64,000 nucleotides of DNA from Eledone cirrhosa. Lineage: Eukaryota. Both the position numbers and the translations under genes were made by a program. Below, in pieces: positions 1-15,200 of the stretch. The DNA is taken from positions 12,152,001-12,216,000 of the forward strand of contig OZ024740.1 of the NCBI GenBank assembly GCA_964016885.1, in the 5' to 3' direction. Numbering within the stretch: position 1 is the first letter of the stretch; every line of letters begins with the position of its first letter. The notes beneath the pieces were generated by a model, which made no database searches, was not told the DNA's origin, and saw only the letters and a program-made list of their open reading frames with translations.

Positions 1-3000
1 GTACAGACTTAGTGTATGCAGACCTGTCTAACCCTTGTTAGCCCTACTTCAGTAATGACTTAGTCTATCTAGACCTGTCTAACCCTTGTTAGCCCTAGTT
101 CAGTACTGACCTGGTCTATGTAAACCTGTTTAACCCTTGTTAGCCTTACTTCTGTACTGACTTAGTATATGTAGACCTGTATAACCCTTGTTAGCCCTAC
201 TCCAGTACTGACTTAGACTATGTAGACCTATCTAATTCTTGTTAGCCCTACTTCAGTACTGACTTAGTATATGTCGACCTGTCTAACCCTTGTTAGCCCT
301 ACTCCAGTACAGACTTAGTGTATGTAGACCTGTCTAACCCTTGTTAGCCCTACTTCAGTAATGACTTAGTCTATGTAGACCTGTCTAACCCTTGTTAGCC
401 CTACTTCAGTACTGACTTAGTCTATGTAAACCTGTCTAACACTTGTTAGCCCTATTTCAGTACTGACTTAGTCTATGTCGTCCTATCTGACCCTTGTTAG
501 CCCCACTCCAGTACTGACCTGGTCTATGTAGTCCTGTCTAAACCTTGTTAGCCCTACTTCAGTACAGACTTAGTCTATGTAGACCTGTCTAACCCTTGTT
601 AGCCCTACTTCAGTAGTGACATAGTCTATGTAGTCCTGTCTAACCTTTGCTAGCCCTACTTCAGTACTGACGTGGTCTATGTAGACCTGTCCAACCCTTG
701 TGAACCCTATTCCAGTACTCACTTAGTCTATGTAGACCGGTCTAACCCTTGTTAGCCCTACTTCAGTACTGACTTAGTCTATGTAGACCTGTCTAACACT
801 TGTTAAACTCTACTTGAGTACTGACTTAGTCTATGTAGACCTGTATAACCCTTGTTAGCCCTACTTCAGTACTGACTTCCTCTATGTAGACCTGTATAAC
901 CCTTGTTTGCCCTACTTCAGTACTGACCTGGTCTATGTAGACCTGTCTAACACTTGTTAGTCTACTCCAGTACTGACTTAGTCTATGTAGACCTGTCAAA
1001 ACCTTGTTAGCCCTACTCCAGTACTGACTTAGTCTATGTAGACCTGTCTAACCATTGTTAGCTCTACTTCAGTACTGACTTAGTCTATGTAGACCTGTCT
1101 AACCCTTGTTAGCTCTACTTCAGTAGTGACTTAGTCTATGTAGTCCTGTCTAACCCTTCTTAGCCCTACTCCAGTACTGACTGGGTCGATATAGACCTGT
1201 CTAACCCTTGTTAGCCCTACTCCAGTACTGACTTAGTCTATGTAGACCTGTATAACCCTTGTTAGCCCTACTTCAGTACTGACCTGGTCTATGTAGACCT
1301 GTATAACCGTTGTTAGTCCTACTTCAGTACTGACCTGGTTATGTAGACCTGTATAACCCTTGTTAGCCCCTACTTCAGTACTGACGTGGACTATGTAGAC
1401 CTGTCTAAACCTTGTTAGCCCTACTCCAGTACTGACTGGGTCGATATAGACCAGTCTAACCCTTGTAAGCCCTACTTCAGTACTGACTTAGTCTATGTAT
1501 ACCTGTCTAACCCTTGTTAGCCTACTCCAGTACTGACTTAATCTATGTAGACCTGTCTAACCCTTTTTAGCACTACTCCAGTACAGACTTAGTCTATGTA
1601 GACCTGTCTAACCCTTGTTAGCCCTACTCCAGTACTGACTGGGTCGATATAGACCTGTCTAACCCTTGTTAGCCCTACTTCAGTACTGACTTAGTCTATG
1701 TAGACCTGTCTAACCCTTGTTAGCCCTACTTTAGTACTGACCTGGTCTATGTAGACCTGTCTAACCCTTGTTAGCCCTACTTCAGTACTGACTTAGTCTA
1801 TGTAGACCTGTATAACCATTGTTAGCCCTACTTCAGTACTGACTTAGTCTATGTGGACCTGTCTAAACCTTGTTAACCCCACTCCAGTACTGACGTGGTC
1901 TATGTAGACCTGTCTAACCCTTGTTAACCCCACTCCAGTACTGATATGGTCTATGGAGACCTGTCTAACCCTTGTTACCCCTACTTCAGTATTGACTTAA
2001 TCTATGTAGACCTTTCTAACACTTGTTAGCCGTACTTCAGTATTGATCTGGTCTATGTAGACCTGTCTGACCCTTGTTAGCCCTACTTCAGTACTGACTT
2101 AGTCTATGTAGACCTGTATAATACTTGTTAGCCCTGCTTCAGTACTGACCTGGTTATATAGACCTGTCTAACCCTTGTTAGCCTACTCCAGTACTGACTT
2201 AATCTATGTAGACCTCTCTAACTCTTGTTATCCCTACTTCAGTACTGACTTAGTCTATGTAGACCTGTCTAAGCCTTGTTAGCCCTACTCCAGTACTGAC
2301 TGGGTCGATATAGACCTGTCTAATCCTTGTTAGCTCTAATTCAGTACTTACTTAGTCTATGTAGACCTGTATAACCCTTGTTAGCCCTCCTTCAGTATTG
2401 ACCTGGTCTACGATGACCTGTATAACCCTTGTTAGCCCTACTTAAGTAGTGACATAGTCTATGTAGTCCTGTCTAACCCTTGCTAGCCCTACTTCAGTAC
2501 TGACGGGGTCTATGTAGACCTGTCTAACCCTTGTGAGCCCTACTCCAGTACTGACTTAGTCTATGTAGACCTATCTAATTCTTGTTAGCCCCACTCCAGT
2601 ACAGACTTAGTCTATGTAGACCTGTCTAACCCTTGTTAGCCCTACTTCAGTACTGACTTAGTCTATGTAGACCTGTCTAACCCTTGTTAGCCCTACTCCA
2701 GTACTGACTGGGTCGATATAGACCTTTCTAACCCTTGTTAGCCCTACTCCAGTACTGACTTAGTCTATGTAGACCTGTATAACCTTTGTTGACCCTACTT
2801 CAGTACTGACCTGGTCTATGTAAACCTGTATAACCCTTGTTAGCCCTACTTCAGCACTGACCTGGTCTACGTAGAACTGTATAACCCTTGTGAAGCCTAC
2901 TCCAGTACTCACTTAGTCTATGTAGACCTGTCTAACCCTTGTTAGCCTTACTTCTGTACTGACTTAGTCAATGTAGACCTGTATAACCCTTGTTAGCCCT

Positions 3001-6000
3001 ACTCCAGTACTGACTTAGTCTATGTAGACCTATCTAATTCTTGTTAGCTCTACTTCAGTACTGACTTAGTCTATGTAGACCTGTCTAACCCTTGTTAGCC
3101 CTACTTCAGTACTGACCTGGTCTATGTAGGCCTGTCTAACCCTTGTTAGCCCTACTCCAGTACTGACTTAGTCTATGTAGACCAGTCTAACCCTTGTTAA
3201 CCCTACTCCAGTACTGACTTAATCTATGTAGACTTGTCGAACACTTGTTAGCCCTACTTGAGTACTGACTTAGTCTATGGAGACCTGTATAACCCTTGTT
3301 AGCCCTACTTCAGTACTGACTTAGGCTATGTGGACCTGTCGAACACTTGTTAGCCCTACTTGAGTACTGACTTAGTCTATGGAGACCTGTATAACCCTTG
3401 TTAGCCCTACTTCAGCAGTGACATAGTCTATGTTGTCCTGTCTATCCCTTGTACGCCCTACTTCAGTACTGACTTAGTCTATGTAGACCTGTATAACCCT
3501 TGTTAGCCCTACTTCAGTACTGACTCCCTCTATGTAGACCTGTATAACCCGTGTTAGCCCTACTCCAGTACTGACTTAGTCTATGTAGACCTGTCAAAAC
3601 CTTGTTAGCCCTACTCCAGTACTGACTTAGTCTATGTAGACCTGTCTAACCATTGTTAGCTCTACTTCAGTACTGACTTAGTCTATGTAGACCTGTCTAA
3701 CCCTTGTTAGCTCTACTTCAGTACTGACTTAGTCTATGTAGTCCTGTCTAACCCTTCTTAGCCCTACTCCAGTACTGACTGGGTCGATATAGACCTGTCT
3801 AACCCTTGTTAGCCCTACTTCAGTACTGACTTACTCTATGTAGTCCTGTATAACCCTTGTTAGCCCTACTTCAGTACTGACCTGGTCTATGTAGACCTGT
3901 ATAAACGTTGTTAGTCCTACTTCAGTACTGACCTGGTTATGTAGATCTGTCTAACCCTTGTTAGCCCCTACTTCAGTACTGACGTGGTCTATGTAGACCT
4001 ATCTAATTCTTGTTAGCCCCACTCCAGTACAGACTTATTGTATGTAGACCTGTCTAACCCATGTTAGCCCTACTTCAGTACTGACTTAGTCTATGTAGAC
4101 CTATCTAACCCTTGTTAGCCCTACTTCAGTACTGACTTAGTCTATGTAGACCTGTATAACCCTTGTTAGCCCTACTTCAGTACTGACCTGGTCTATGTAG
4201 ACCTGTATAACCCTTGTTAGCCCTACTTCAGTACTGACCTGGTTATGTAGACCTGTCTAACCCTTGTTAGCCCTACTTCAGCACTTCAGCAGTGACATAG
4301 TCTATGTAGTCCTGTCTATCCCTTGTACGCCCTACTTCAGTACTGACGTGGTCTATGTAGACCTGTCTAACCCTTGTGAGCCCTACTCCAGAACTGACTT
4401 AATCTATGTAGACCTATCTAATTCTTGTTAGACCCACTCCAGTACAGACTTAGTGTATGCAGACCTGTCTAACCATTGTTAGCGCTACTTCAGTAATGAC
4501 TTAGTCTATGTAGACCTGTCTAACCCTTGTTAGCCTTAGTTCAGTACTGACCTGGTCTATGTAGACCTGTCTAACCCTTGTTAGCCTTACTTCTGTACTG
4601 ACTTAGTCTATGTAGACCTGTATAACCCTTGTTAGCACTACTCCAGTACTGACTTAGACTATGTAGACCTATATAATTCTTGTTAGCCCTACTTCAGTAC
4701 TCACTTAGTATATGTAGACCTGTCTAACCCTTGTTAGCCCTACTCCAGTACAGACTTAGTGTATGTAGACCTGTCTAACCCTTGTTAGCCCTACTCCAGT
4801 ACTGACTGGGTCGATATAGACCTATCTAACACTTATTAGCCCTACTTCAGTACTGACTTAGTCTATGTAGACCTGTATAAACTTTGTTAGCCCTACTTCA
4901 GTACTGACCTGGTCTATGTAAACCTGTATAACCCTTGTTAGCCCTACTTCAGCACTGACCTGGTCTACGTAGACCTGTCTAACCCTTGTGAGCCCTACTC
5001 CAGTATTCACTTAGTCTATGTAGACCTGTCTAACCCTTGTTAGCCTTACTTCTCTACTGACTTAGTCTATGTAGACCTGTATAACACTTGTTAGCCCTAC
5101 TCCAGTACTGACTTAGTCTATGTAGACCTATCTAACCCTTGTTAGCTTTACTCCAGTACTGACTTAGTCTATGTAGACCTGTCTAACCCTTGTTAGCCCT
5201 ACTTCAGGACTGACCTGATCAATGTAGACCTGTCTAACCCGTGTTAGTCCTACTTCAGTACTGACTTAGTCTATGTAGACATGTCTAACCCTTGCTAGCT
5301 CTACTTCAGTACTGACTTAGACTATGTAGACCTGTCTAAACCTTGTTATCCATACTCCAGTACTGACTGGGTCGATATAGACCTGTCTAACCCTTGTAAG
5401 CCCTACTTCACTACTGACTTAGTCTATGTAGACCTGTCTAACCCTTGTTAGCTCTACTTCAGTAATGACTTAGTCTATGTAGACCTGTCTAACCCTTGTT
5501 AGCCCTACTCCAGTACTGACTGGGTCGATATAGACCTGTCTAACCCTTGTAAGTCCTACTTCAGTACTGACTTAGTCTATGTAGACCTGTCTAACCCTTG
5601 TTAGCCTTACTCCAGTACTGGCTGGGTCGATATAGACCTGTCTAACCCTTGTTAGCCCTACTTTAGTACTGACTTAGTCTATGTAAACCTGTCTAACCCT
5701 TGTTAGCCCTACTTCAGTACTGACCTGGTCTATGTAGACCTGTATAACCCTTGTTAGCCCTACTTCAGTACTGACCTGGTTATGTAGACCTGTCTAACCC
5801 TTGTTAGCCCTATTTCAGTAGTGACATAGTCTATGTAGTCCTGTCTAACCCTTGTTAATCCCTACTTCAGTACTGATGTGGTCTATGTAGACATGTCTTA
5901 TCCTAGTTAGCCTACTTCAGTACTGACTTAGTCTATGTAGACCTGTCTAACCCTTGTTAGCCCTACTCCAGTACTGACTGGGTCGATATAGACCTGTCTA

Positions 6001-9000
6001 ACCCTTGTTAGCCCTACTTCAGTACTGACTTAGTCTATGTAGACCTGTCTAACCCTTGTTAGCCCTACTTTAGTACTGACCTGGTCTATGTAGACCTGTC
6101 TAACCCTTGTTAGCCCTACTTCAGTACTGACTTAGTCTATGTAGACCTGTATAACCATTGTTAGCCCTACTTCAGTACTGACTTAGTCTATGTGGACCTG
6201 TCTAAACCTTGTTAACCCCACTCCAGTACTGACGTGGTCTATGTAGACCTGTCTAACCCTTGTTAACCCCACTCCAGTACTGATATGGTCTATGGAGACC
6301 TGTCTAACCCTTGTTACCCCTACTTCAGTATTGACTTAATCTATGTAGACCTTTCTAACACTTGTTAGCCGTACTTCAGTATTGATCTGGTCTATGTAGA
6401 CCTGTCTGACCCTTGTTAGCCCTACTTCAGTACTGACTTAGTCTATGTAGACCTGTATAATACTTGTTAGCCCTGCTTCAGTACTGACCTGGTTATATAG
6501 ACCTGTCTAAGCCTTGTTAGCCCTACTCCAGTACTGACTGGGTCGATATAGACCTGTCTAATCCTTGTTAGCTCTAATTCAGTACTTACTTAGTCTATGT
6601 AGACCTGTATAACCCTTGTTAGCCCTCCTTCACTATTGACCTGGTCTACGTAGACCTGTATAACCCTTGTTAGCCCTACTTAAGTAGTGACATAGTCTAT
6701 GTAGTCCTGTCTAACCCTTGTGAGCCCTACTCCAGTACTGACTTAGTCTATGTAGACCTATCTAATTCTTGTTAGACCCACTCCAGTACAGACTTAGTCT
6801 ATGTAGACCTGTCTAACCCTTGTTAGCCCTACTTCAGTACTGACTTAGTCTATGTAGACCTGTCTAACCCTTGTTAGCCCTACTCCAGTACTGACTGGGT
6901 CGATATAGACCTTTCTAACCCTTGTTAGCCCTACTCCAGTACTGACTTAGTCTATGTAGACCTGTATAACCTTTGTTAACCCTACTTCAGTACTGACCTG
7001 GTCTATGTAAACCTGTATAACCCTTGTCAGCCCTACTTCAGTACTGACTTAGTCTATGTAGACCTGTATAACCCTTGTTAGCCCTACTTCAGTACTGACC
7101 TGGTTATGTAGACCTGTATAACACTTGTTAGCCCTGCTTCAGTACTGACCTGGTTATGTAGACCTGTCTAACCCTTGTTAGCCCTACTTCAGCAGTTACA
7201 TAGTCTATGTAGACCTGTCTAACACTTGTTAGCCCTACTTCAGTACTGACTTAGTCTATGTAGACCTTTCTAACCCTTGTTAGCCCTACTTCAGTAATGA
7301 CCTGGTCTATGTAGACCTGTCTAACCCTTGTTAGCCTACTCCAGTACTGACTGGGTCGATATAGACCTGTCTAACCCTTGTTAGCTCTACTTCAGTACTT
7401 ACTTAGTCTATGTAGACCTGTATAACCTTTGTTAGCCCTGCTTCAGTACTGACCTGGTATACGTAGTCCTGTATAACCCTTGTTAGCCCTACTTCAGTAG
7501 TGACATAGTCTATGTAGTCCTCTCTAACCCTTGCTAGCCCTACTGACTTAGTCTATGTAGACCTGTCTAACACTTCTTAGCCCTACTTCAGTACTGACCT
7601 GGTCTATGTAGACCTGTGTAACACTTGTTAGCCCTGCTTCAGTACTGACCTGGTTATGTAGACCTGTCTAACCCTTGTTAGCCCTACTTCAGTACTGACT
7701 TAGTCTATGTAGACCTGTCTAACCCTTGTTAGCCTACTCCAGTACTGACTTAATCTATGTAGACCTCTCTAACCCTTGTTAGCCCTACTTCAGTACTGAC
7801 TTAGTCTATGTAGACCTGTCTAAGCCTTGTTAGCCCTACTCCAGTACTGACTGTGTCGATATAGACCTGTCTAACCCTTGTTAGCTCTACTTCAGTACTG
7901 ACTTAGTCTATGTAGTCCTGTCTAACCCTTCTTAGCCCTACTCCAGTACTGACTGGGTCGATATAGACCTGTCTAACCCTTGTTAGCCCTACTTCAGTAC
8001 TGACTTACTCTATGTAGTCCTGTATAACCCTTGTTAGCCCTACTTCAGTACTGACCTGGTCTATGTAGACCTGTATAAACGTTGTTAGTCCTACTTCAGT
8101 ACTGACCTGGTTATGTAGATCTGTCTAACCCTTGTTAGCCCCTACTTCAGTACTGACGTGGTCTATGTAGACCTATCTAATTCTTGTTAGCCCCACTCCA
8201 GTACAGACTTATTGTATGTAGACCTGTCTAACCCATGTTAGCCCTACTTCAGTACTGACTTAGTCTATGTAGACCTATCTAATTCTTGTTAGCCCCACTC
8301 CAGTAAAGACTTATTGTATGTAGACCTGTCTAACCCTTGTTAACCCTACTTCAGTACTGACTTAGTCTATGTAGACCTATCTAACCCTTGTTAGCCCTAC
8401 TTCAGTACTGACTTAGTCTATGTAGACCTGTATAACCCTTGTTAGCCCTACTTCAGTACTGACCTGGTCTATGTAGACCTGTATAACCCTTGTTAGCCCT
8501 ACTTCAGTACTGACCTGGTTATGTAGACCTGTCTAACCCTTGTTAGCCCTACTTCAGCACTTCAGCAGTGACATAGTCTATGTAGTCCTGTCTATCCCTT
8601 GTACGCCCTACTTCAGTACTGACGTGGTCTATGTAGACCTGTCTAACCCTTGTGAGCCCTACTCCAGAACTGACTTAATCTATGTAGACCTATCTAATTC
8701 TTGTTAGACCCACTCCAGTACAGACTTAGTGTATGCAGACCTGTCTAACCATTGTTAGCGCTACTTCAGTAATGACTTAGTCTATGTAGACCTGTCTAAC
8801 CCTTGTTAGCCTTAGTTCAGTACTGACCTGGTCTATGTAGACCTGTCTAACCCTTGTTAGCCTTACTTCTGTACTGACTTAGTCTATGTAGACCTGTATA
8901 ACCCTTGTTAGCACTACTCCAGTACTGACTTAGACTATGTAGACCTATATAATTCTTGTTAGCCCTACTTCAGTACTGACTTAGTATATGTAGACCTGTC

Positions 9001-12000
9001 TAACCCTTGTTAGCCCTACTCCAGTACAGACTTAGTGTATGTAGACCTGTCTAACCCTTGTTAGCCCTACTCCAGTACTGACTGGGTCGATATAGACCTA
9101 TCTAACACTTGTTAGCCCTACTTCAGTACTGACTTAGTCTATGTAGACCTGTATAAACTTTGTTAGCCCTACTTCAGTACTGACCTGGTCTATGTAAACC
9201 TGTATAACCCTTGTTAGCCCTACTTCAGCACTGACCTGGTCTACGTAGACCTGTCTAACCCTTGTGAGCCCTACTCCAGTATTCACTTAGTCTATGTAGA
9301 CCTGTCTAACCCTTGTTAGCCTTACTTCTCTACTGACTTAGTCTATGTAGACCTGTATAACACTTGTTAGCCCTACTCCAGTACTGACTTAGTCTATGTA
9401 GACCTATCTAACCCTTGTTAGCTTTACTCCAGTACTGACTTAGTCTATGTAGACCTGTCTAACCCTTGTTAGCCCTACTTCAGGACTGACCTGATCAATG
9501 TAGACCTGTCTAACCCGTGTTAGTCCTACTTCAGTACTGACTTAGTCTATGTAGACATGTCTAACCCTTGCTAGCTCTACTTCAGTACTGACTTAGACTA
9601 TGTAGACCTGTCTAAACCTTGTTATCCATACTCCAGTACTGACTGGGTCGATATAGACCTGTCTAACCCTTGTAAGCCCTACTTCACTACTGACTTAGTC
9701 TATGTAGACCTGTCTAACCCTTGTTAGCTCTACTTCAGTAATGACTTAGTCTATGTAGACCTGTCTAACCCTTGTTAGCCCTACTCCAGTACTGACTGGG
9801 TCGATATAGACCTGTCTAACCCTTGTAAGTCCTACTTCAGTACTGACTTAGTCTATGTAGACCTGTCTAACCCTTGTTAGCCTTACTCCAGTACTGGCTG
9901 GGTCGATATAGACCTGTCTAACCCTTGTTAGCCCTACTTTAGTACTGACTTAGTCTATGTAAACCTGTCTAACCCTTGTTAGCCCTACTTCAGTACTGAC
10001 CTGGTCTATGTAGACCTGTATAACCCTTGTTAGCCCTACTTCAGTACTGACCTGGTTATGTAGACCTGTCTAACCCTTGTTAGCCCTATTTCAGTAGTGA
10101 CATAGTCTATGTAGTCCTGTCTAACCCTTGTTAATCCCTACTTCAGTACTGATGTGGTCTATGTAGACATGTCTTATCCTAGTTAGCCTACTTCAGTACT
10201 GACTTAGTCTATGTAGACCTGTCTAACCCTTGTTAGCCCTACTCCAGTACTGACTGGGTCGATATAGACCTGTCTAACCCTTGTTAGCCCTACTTCAGTA
10301 CTGACTTAGTCTATGTAGACCTGTCTAACCCTTGTTAGCCCTACTTTAGTACTGACCTGGTCTATGTAGACCTGTCTAACCCTTGTTAGCCCTACTTCAG
10401 TACTGACTTAGTCTATGTAGACCTGTATAACCATTGTTAGCCCTACTTCAGTACTGACTTAGTCTATGTGGACCTGTCTAAACCTTGTTAACCCCACTCC
10501 AGTACTGACGTGGTCTATGTAGACCTGTCTAACCCTTGTTAACCCCACTCCAGTACTGATATGGTCTATGGAGACCTGTCTAACCCTTGTTACCCCTACT
10601 TCAGTATTGACTTAATCTATGTAGACCTTTCTAACACTTGTTAGCCGTACTTCAGTATTGATCTGGTCTATGTAGACCTGTCTGACCCTTGTTAGCCCTA
10701 CTTCAGTACTGACTTAGTCTATGTAGACCTGTATAATACTTGTTAGCCCTGCTTCAGTACTGACCTGGTTATGTAGACCTGTCTAACCCTTGTTAGCCTA
10801 CTCCAGTACTGACTTAATCTATGTAGACCTCTCTAACTCTTGTTATCCCTACTTCAGTACTGACTTAGTCTATGTAGACCTGTCTAAGCCTTGTTAGCCC
10901 TACTCCAGTACTGACTGGGTCGATATAGACCTGTCTAATCCTTGTTAGCTCTAATTCAGTACTTACTTAGTCTATGTAGACCTGTATAACCCTTGTTAGC
11001 CCTCCTTCACTATTGACCTGGTCTACGTAGACCTGTATAACCCTTGTTAGCCCTACTTAAGTAGTGACATAGTCTATGTAGTCCTGTCTAACCCTTGTGA
11101 GCCCTACTCCAGTACTGACTTAGTCTATGTAGACCTATCTAATTCTTGTTAGACCCACTCCAGTACAGACTTAGTCTATGTAGACCTGTCTAACCCTTGT
11201 TAGCCCTACTTCAGTACTGACTTAGTCTATGTAGACCTGTCTAACCCTTGTTAGCCCTACTCCAGTACTGACTGGGTCGATATAGACCTTTCTAACCCTT
11301 GTTAGCCCTACTCCAGTACTGACTTAGTCTATGTAGACCTGTATAACCTTTGTTAACCCTACTTCAGTACTGACCTGGTCTATGTAAACCTGTATAACCC
11401 TTGTCAGCCCTACTTCAGTACTGACTTAGTCTATGTAGACCTGTATAACCCTTGTTAGCCCTACTTCAGTACTGACCTGGTCTATGTAGACCTGTATAAC
11501 ACTTGTTAGCCCTGCTTCAGTACTGACCTGGTTATGTAGACCTGTCTAACCCTTGTTAGCCCTACTTCAGCAGTTACATAGTCTATGTAGACCTGTCTAA
11601 CACTTGTTAGCCCTACTTCAGTACTGACTTAGTCTATGTAGACCTTTCTAACCCTTGTTAGCCCTACTTCAGTAATGACCTGGTCTATGTAGACCTGTCT
11701 AACCCTTGTTAGCCTACTCCACTACTGACTGGGTCGATATAGACCTGTCTAACCCTTGTTAGCTCTACTTCAGTACTTACTTAGTCTATGTAGACCTGTA
11801 TAACCTTTGTTAGCCCTGCTTCAGTACTGACCTGGTATACGTAGTCCTGTATAACCCTTGTTAGCCCTACTTCAGTAGTGACATAGTCTACGTAGTCCTC
11901 TCTAACCCTTGCTAGCCCTACTGACTTAGTCTATGTAGACCTGTCTAACACTTCTTAGCCCTACTTCAGTACTGACCTGGTCTATGTAGACCTATGTAAC

Positions 12001-12250
12001 ACTTGTTAGCCCTGCTTCAGTACTGACCTGGTTATGTAGACCTGTCTAACCCTTGTTATCCCTACTTCAGTACTGACTTAGTCTATGTAGACCTGTCTAA
12101 CCCTTGTTAGCCTACTCCAGTACTGACTTAATCTATGTAGACCTCTCTAACCCTTGTTAGCCCTACTTCAGTACTGACTTAGTCTATGTAGACCTGTCTA
12201 AGCCTTGTTAGCCCTACTCCAGTACTGACTGTGTCGATATAGACCTGTCT
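1..12250. repeat. ~4.2-4.4-kb higher-order repeat (about 84 monomers), about three imperfect copies
   Basis: Rare variants recur at fixed offsets: gcacttcagc 4281/8557 (4276); cttatcctag 5897/10173 (4276); ctgatatgg 1941/6280/10556 (4339, 4276); ataaacgttg 3901/8075 (4174); deletion ccctactgac ~7541/11919 (4378); gtgtatgcag ~13/4453/8729. Offsets 4174, 4276 and 4378 differ by 102 = two monomers. Confidence 0.85.
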
Positions 12251-15200
12251 AATCCTTGTTAGCTCTACTTCAGTACTTACTTAGTCTATGTAGACCTGTA
12301 TAACCCTTGTTAGCCCTCCTTCAGTATTGACCTGGTCTACGTAGACCTGTATAACCCTTGTTAGGCCTATTTCAGTAGTGACATAGTCTATGTAGTCCTG
12401 TCTAACCCTTGCTAGCCCTACTTCAGTACTGACGGGGTCTATGTAGACCTGTCTAACCGTTGTGAGCCCTACTCCAGTACTGACTTAGTCTATGTAGACC
12501 TATCTAATTCTTGTTAGCCCCACTCCAGTACTGACTTAGTCTATGTAGACCTGTATAACCTTTGTTAACCCTACTTCAGTACTGACCTGGTCTATGTAAA
12601 CCTGTATAACCCTTGTTAGCCCTACTTCAGCACTGACCTGGTCTACGTAGAACTGTAAAACCTTTGTTAGCCCTACTTCAGTAGTGACATAGTCTATGTA
12701 GTCCTGTCTAACCCTTGTTAGCCTTACTTCTGTACTGACTTAGTCAATGTAGACCTGTATAACCTTTGTTAACCCTACTTCAGTACTGACCTGGTCTATG
12801 TAAACCTCTATAACCCTTGCTAGCCCTACTTCAGTACTGACGTGGTCTATGTAGACCTGTCTAACCCTTGTGAACCCTACTCCAGTACTCACTTAGTCTA
12901 TGTAGATCTGTCTAACCCTTGTTAGCCTTACTTCTGTACTGACTTAGTCAATGTAGACCTGTATAACCCTTGTTAGCCCTACTCCAGTACTGACTTAGTC
13001 TATGTAGACCTATCTAATTCTTGTTAGCCCTACTTCAGTACTGACTTAGTATATGTAGACCTGACTAACCCTTGTTAGCCCTACTCCAGTACAGACTTAG
13101 TGCATGTAGACCTGTCTAACCCTTGTTAGCCCTACTTCAGTACTGACTTAGTCTATGTTGACCTGTCTAACCCTTGTTAGCCCTACTTCAGTACTGACTT
13201 AGTCTATGTAAACCTGTCTAACCCTTGTTAGCACTACTTCAGTACTGACCTGGTCTATGTAGGCCTGTCTAACCCTTGTTAGCCCTACTCCAGTACTGAC
13301 TTAGTCTATGTAGACCTGTGTAACCCTTGTTAGCCCTACTCCAGTACTGACTTACTCTATGTAGACCTGTCTAACACTTGTCAGCCCTACTTAAGTACTG
13401 ACTTAGTCATGTAGACTTGTATAACCCTTGTTAGCCCTACTTCAGTACTGACTTAGTCTATGTAGACCTGTATAACCCTTGTTAGTCCTACTTCAGTACT
13501 GAGTTAGTCTATGTAGACCTGTCTAACCCTTGTTAACCCTACTTAAGTACTGACTTAATCTATGTAGACCTGTCTAAACCTTGTTAGCTCTACTTCAGTA
13601 CTGACTTAGTCTATGTAGACCTGTCTAACCCTTGTTAGCCTTACTCCAGTACTGACTGGGTCGATATAGACCTGTCTAACCCTTGTAAGCCCTACTTCAG
13701 TACTGACTTAGTCTGTGTAAACCTGTCTAACCCTTGTTAGCCATATTTCAGTACTGACCTGGTCTATGTAGACCTGTCTAACCCTTGTTAGCCTACTTCA
13801 GTACTGGCTGGGTCGATATAGACCTGTCTAACCCTTGTTAGCCCTACTTCAGTACTGACTTAGTCTATGTAAACCTGTATAACCCTTGTTAGCACTACTT
13901 CAGTACTGACCTGGTTATGTAGACCTGTCTAACCCTTGTTAGCCCAACATCAGTAGTGACATAGTCTATGTAGTCCTGTCTAACCCTTATTAATCCCTAC
14001 TTCAGTACTGACGTGGTCTATGTAGACCTGTCTAACCCTTGCTAGCCCTACTTCAGTACTGACTTAATCTATGTAGACCTGTCTAAACCTTGTTAGCCCT
14101 ACTCCAGTACTGACTGGGTCGATATAGACCTGTCTAACCCTTGTAAGCCCTACTTCAGTACTGACTTAGTCTATGTAGACCTGTCTAACCCTTGTTAGCC
14201 ATACTTCAGTACAGACCTGTTCTATGTAGACCTGTTTAACCCTTGTTAGCCCTACTCCATTACTGACTGGGTCGATATAGACCTGTCTAACCCTTGCTAG
14301 CTCTACTTCAGTACTGACTTAGTCTATGTAGACCTGTATAACCCTTGTTAGCCCTACTTCAGTACTGACCTGGTCTATGTAGACCTGTATAACACTTGTT
14401 AGCCCTGCTTCAGTACTGACCTGGTTATGTAGACCTGTCTAACCCTTGTTAGCCCTACTTCAGCAGTTACATAGTCTATGTAGACCTGTCTAACCCTTGT
14501 TAGCCCTACTTCAGTACTGACTTAGTCTATGTAGACCTGTCTAACCCTTGTTAGCCCTACTTCAGTAATGACCTGGTCTATGTAGACCTGTCTAACCCTT
14601 GTTAGCCTACTCCAGTACTGACTGGGTCGATATAGACCTGTCTAAATCTTGTTAGCTCTACTTCAGTACTTACTTAGTCTATGTAGACCTGTATAACCTT
14701 TGTTAGCCCTGCTTCAGTACTGACCTGGTCTACGTAGTCCTGTATAACCCTTGTTAGCCCTACTTCAGTAGTGACATAGTCTATGTAGTCCTCTCTAACC
14801 CTTGCTAGCCCTACTTCAGTACAGACGTGGTCTATGTATACCTGTCTAACCCTTGTGATCCCTACTCCAGTACTGACTTAGTCTATGTAACCTATCTAAT
14901 TCTTGTTAGCCCCACTCCAGTACAGACTTAGTCTATGTAGACCTGTCTAACCCTTGTTAGCTCTACTTCAGTCCTGACTTAGTCTATGTAGACCTGTATA
15001 ACCCTTGTTAGCCCTACTCCAGTACTGACTGGGTCGATATAGACCTGTCTAACCCTTGTTAGCCTTACTTCTGTACTGACTTAGTCTATGTAGACCTGTA
15101 TAACCCTTGTTAGCCCTACTCCAGTACTGACTTAGTCTATGTAGACCTATCTAATTCTTGTTAGCCCTACTTCAGTACTGACTTAGTATATGTAGACCTG

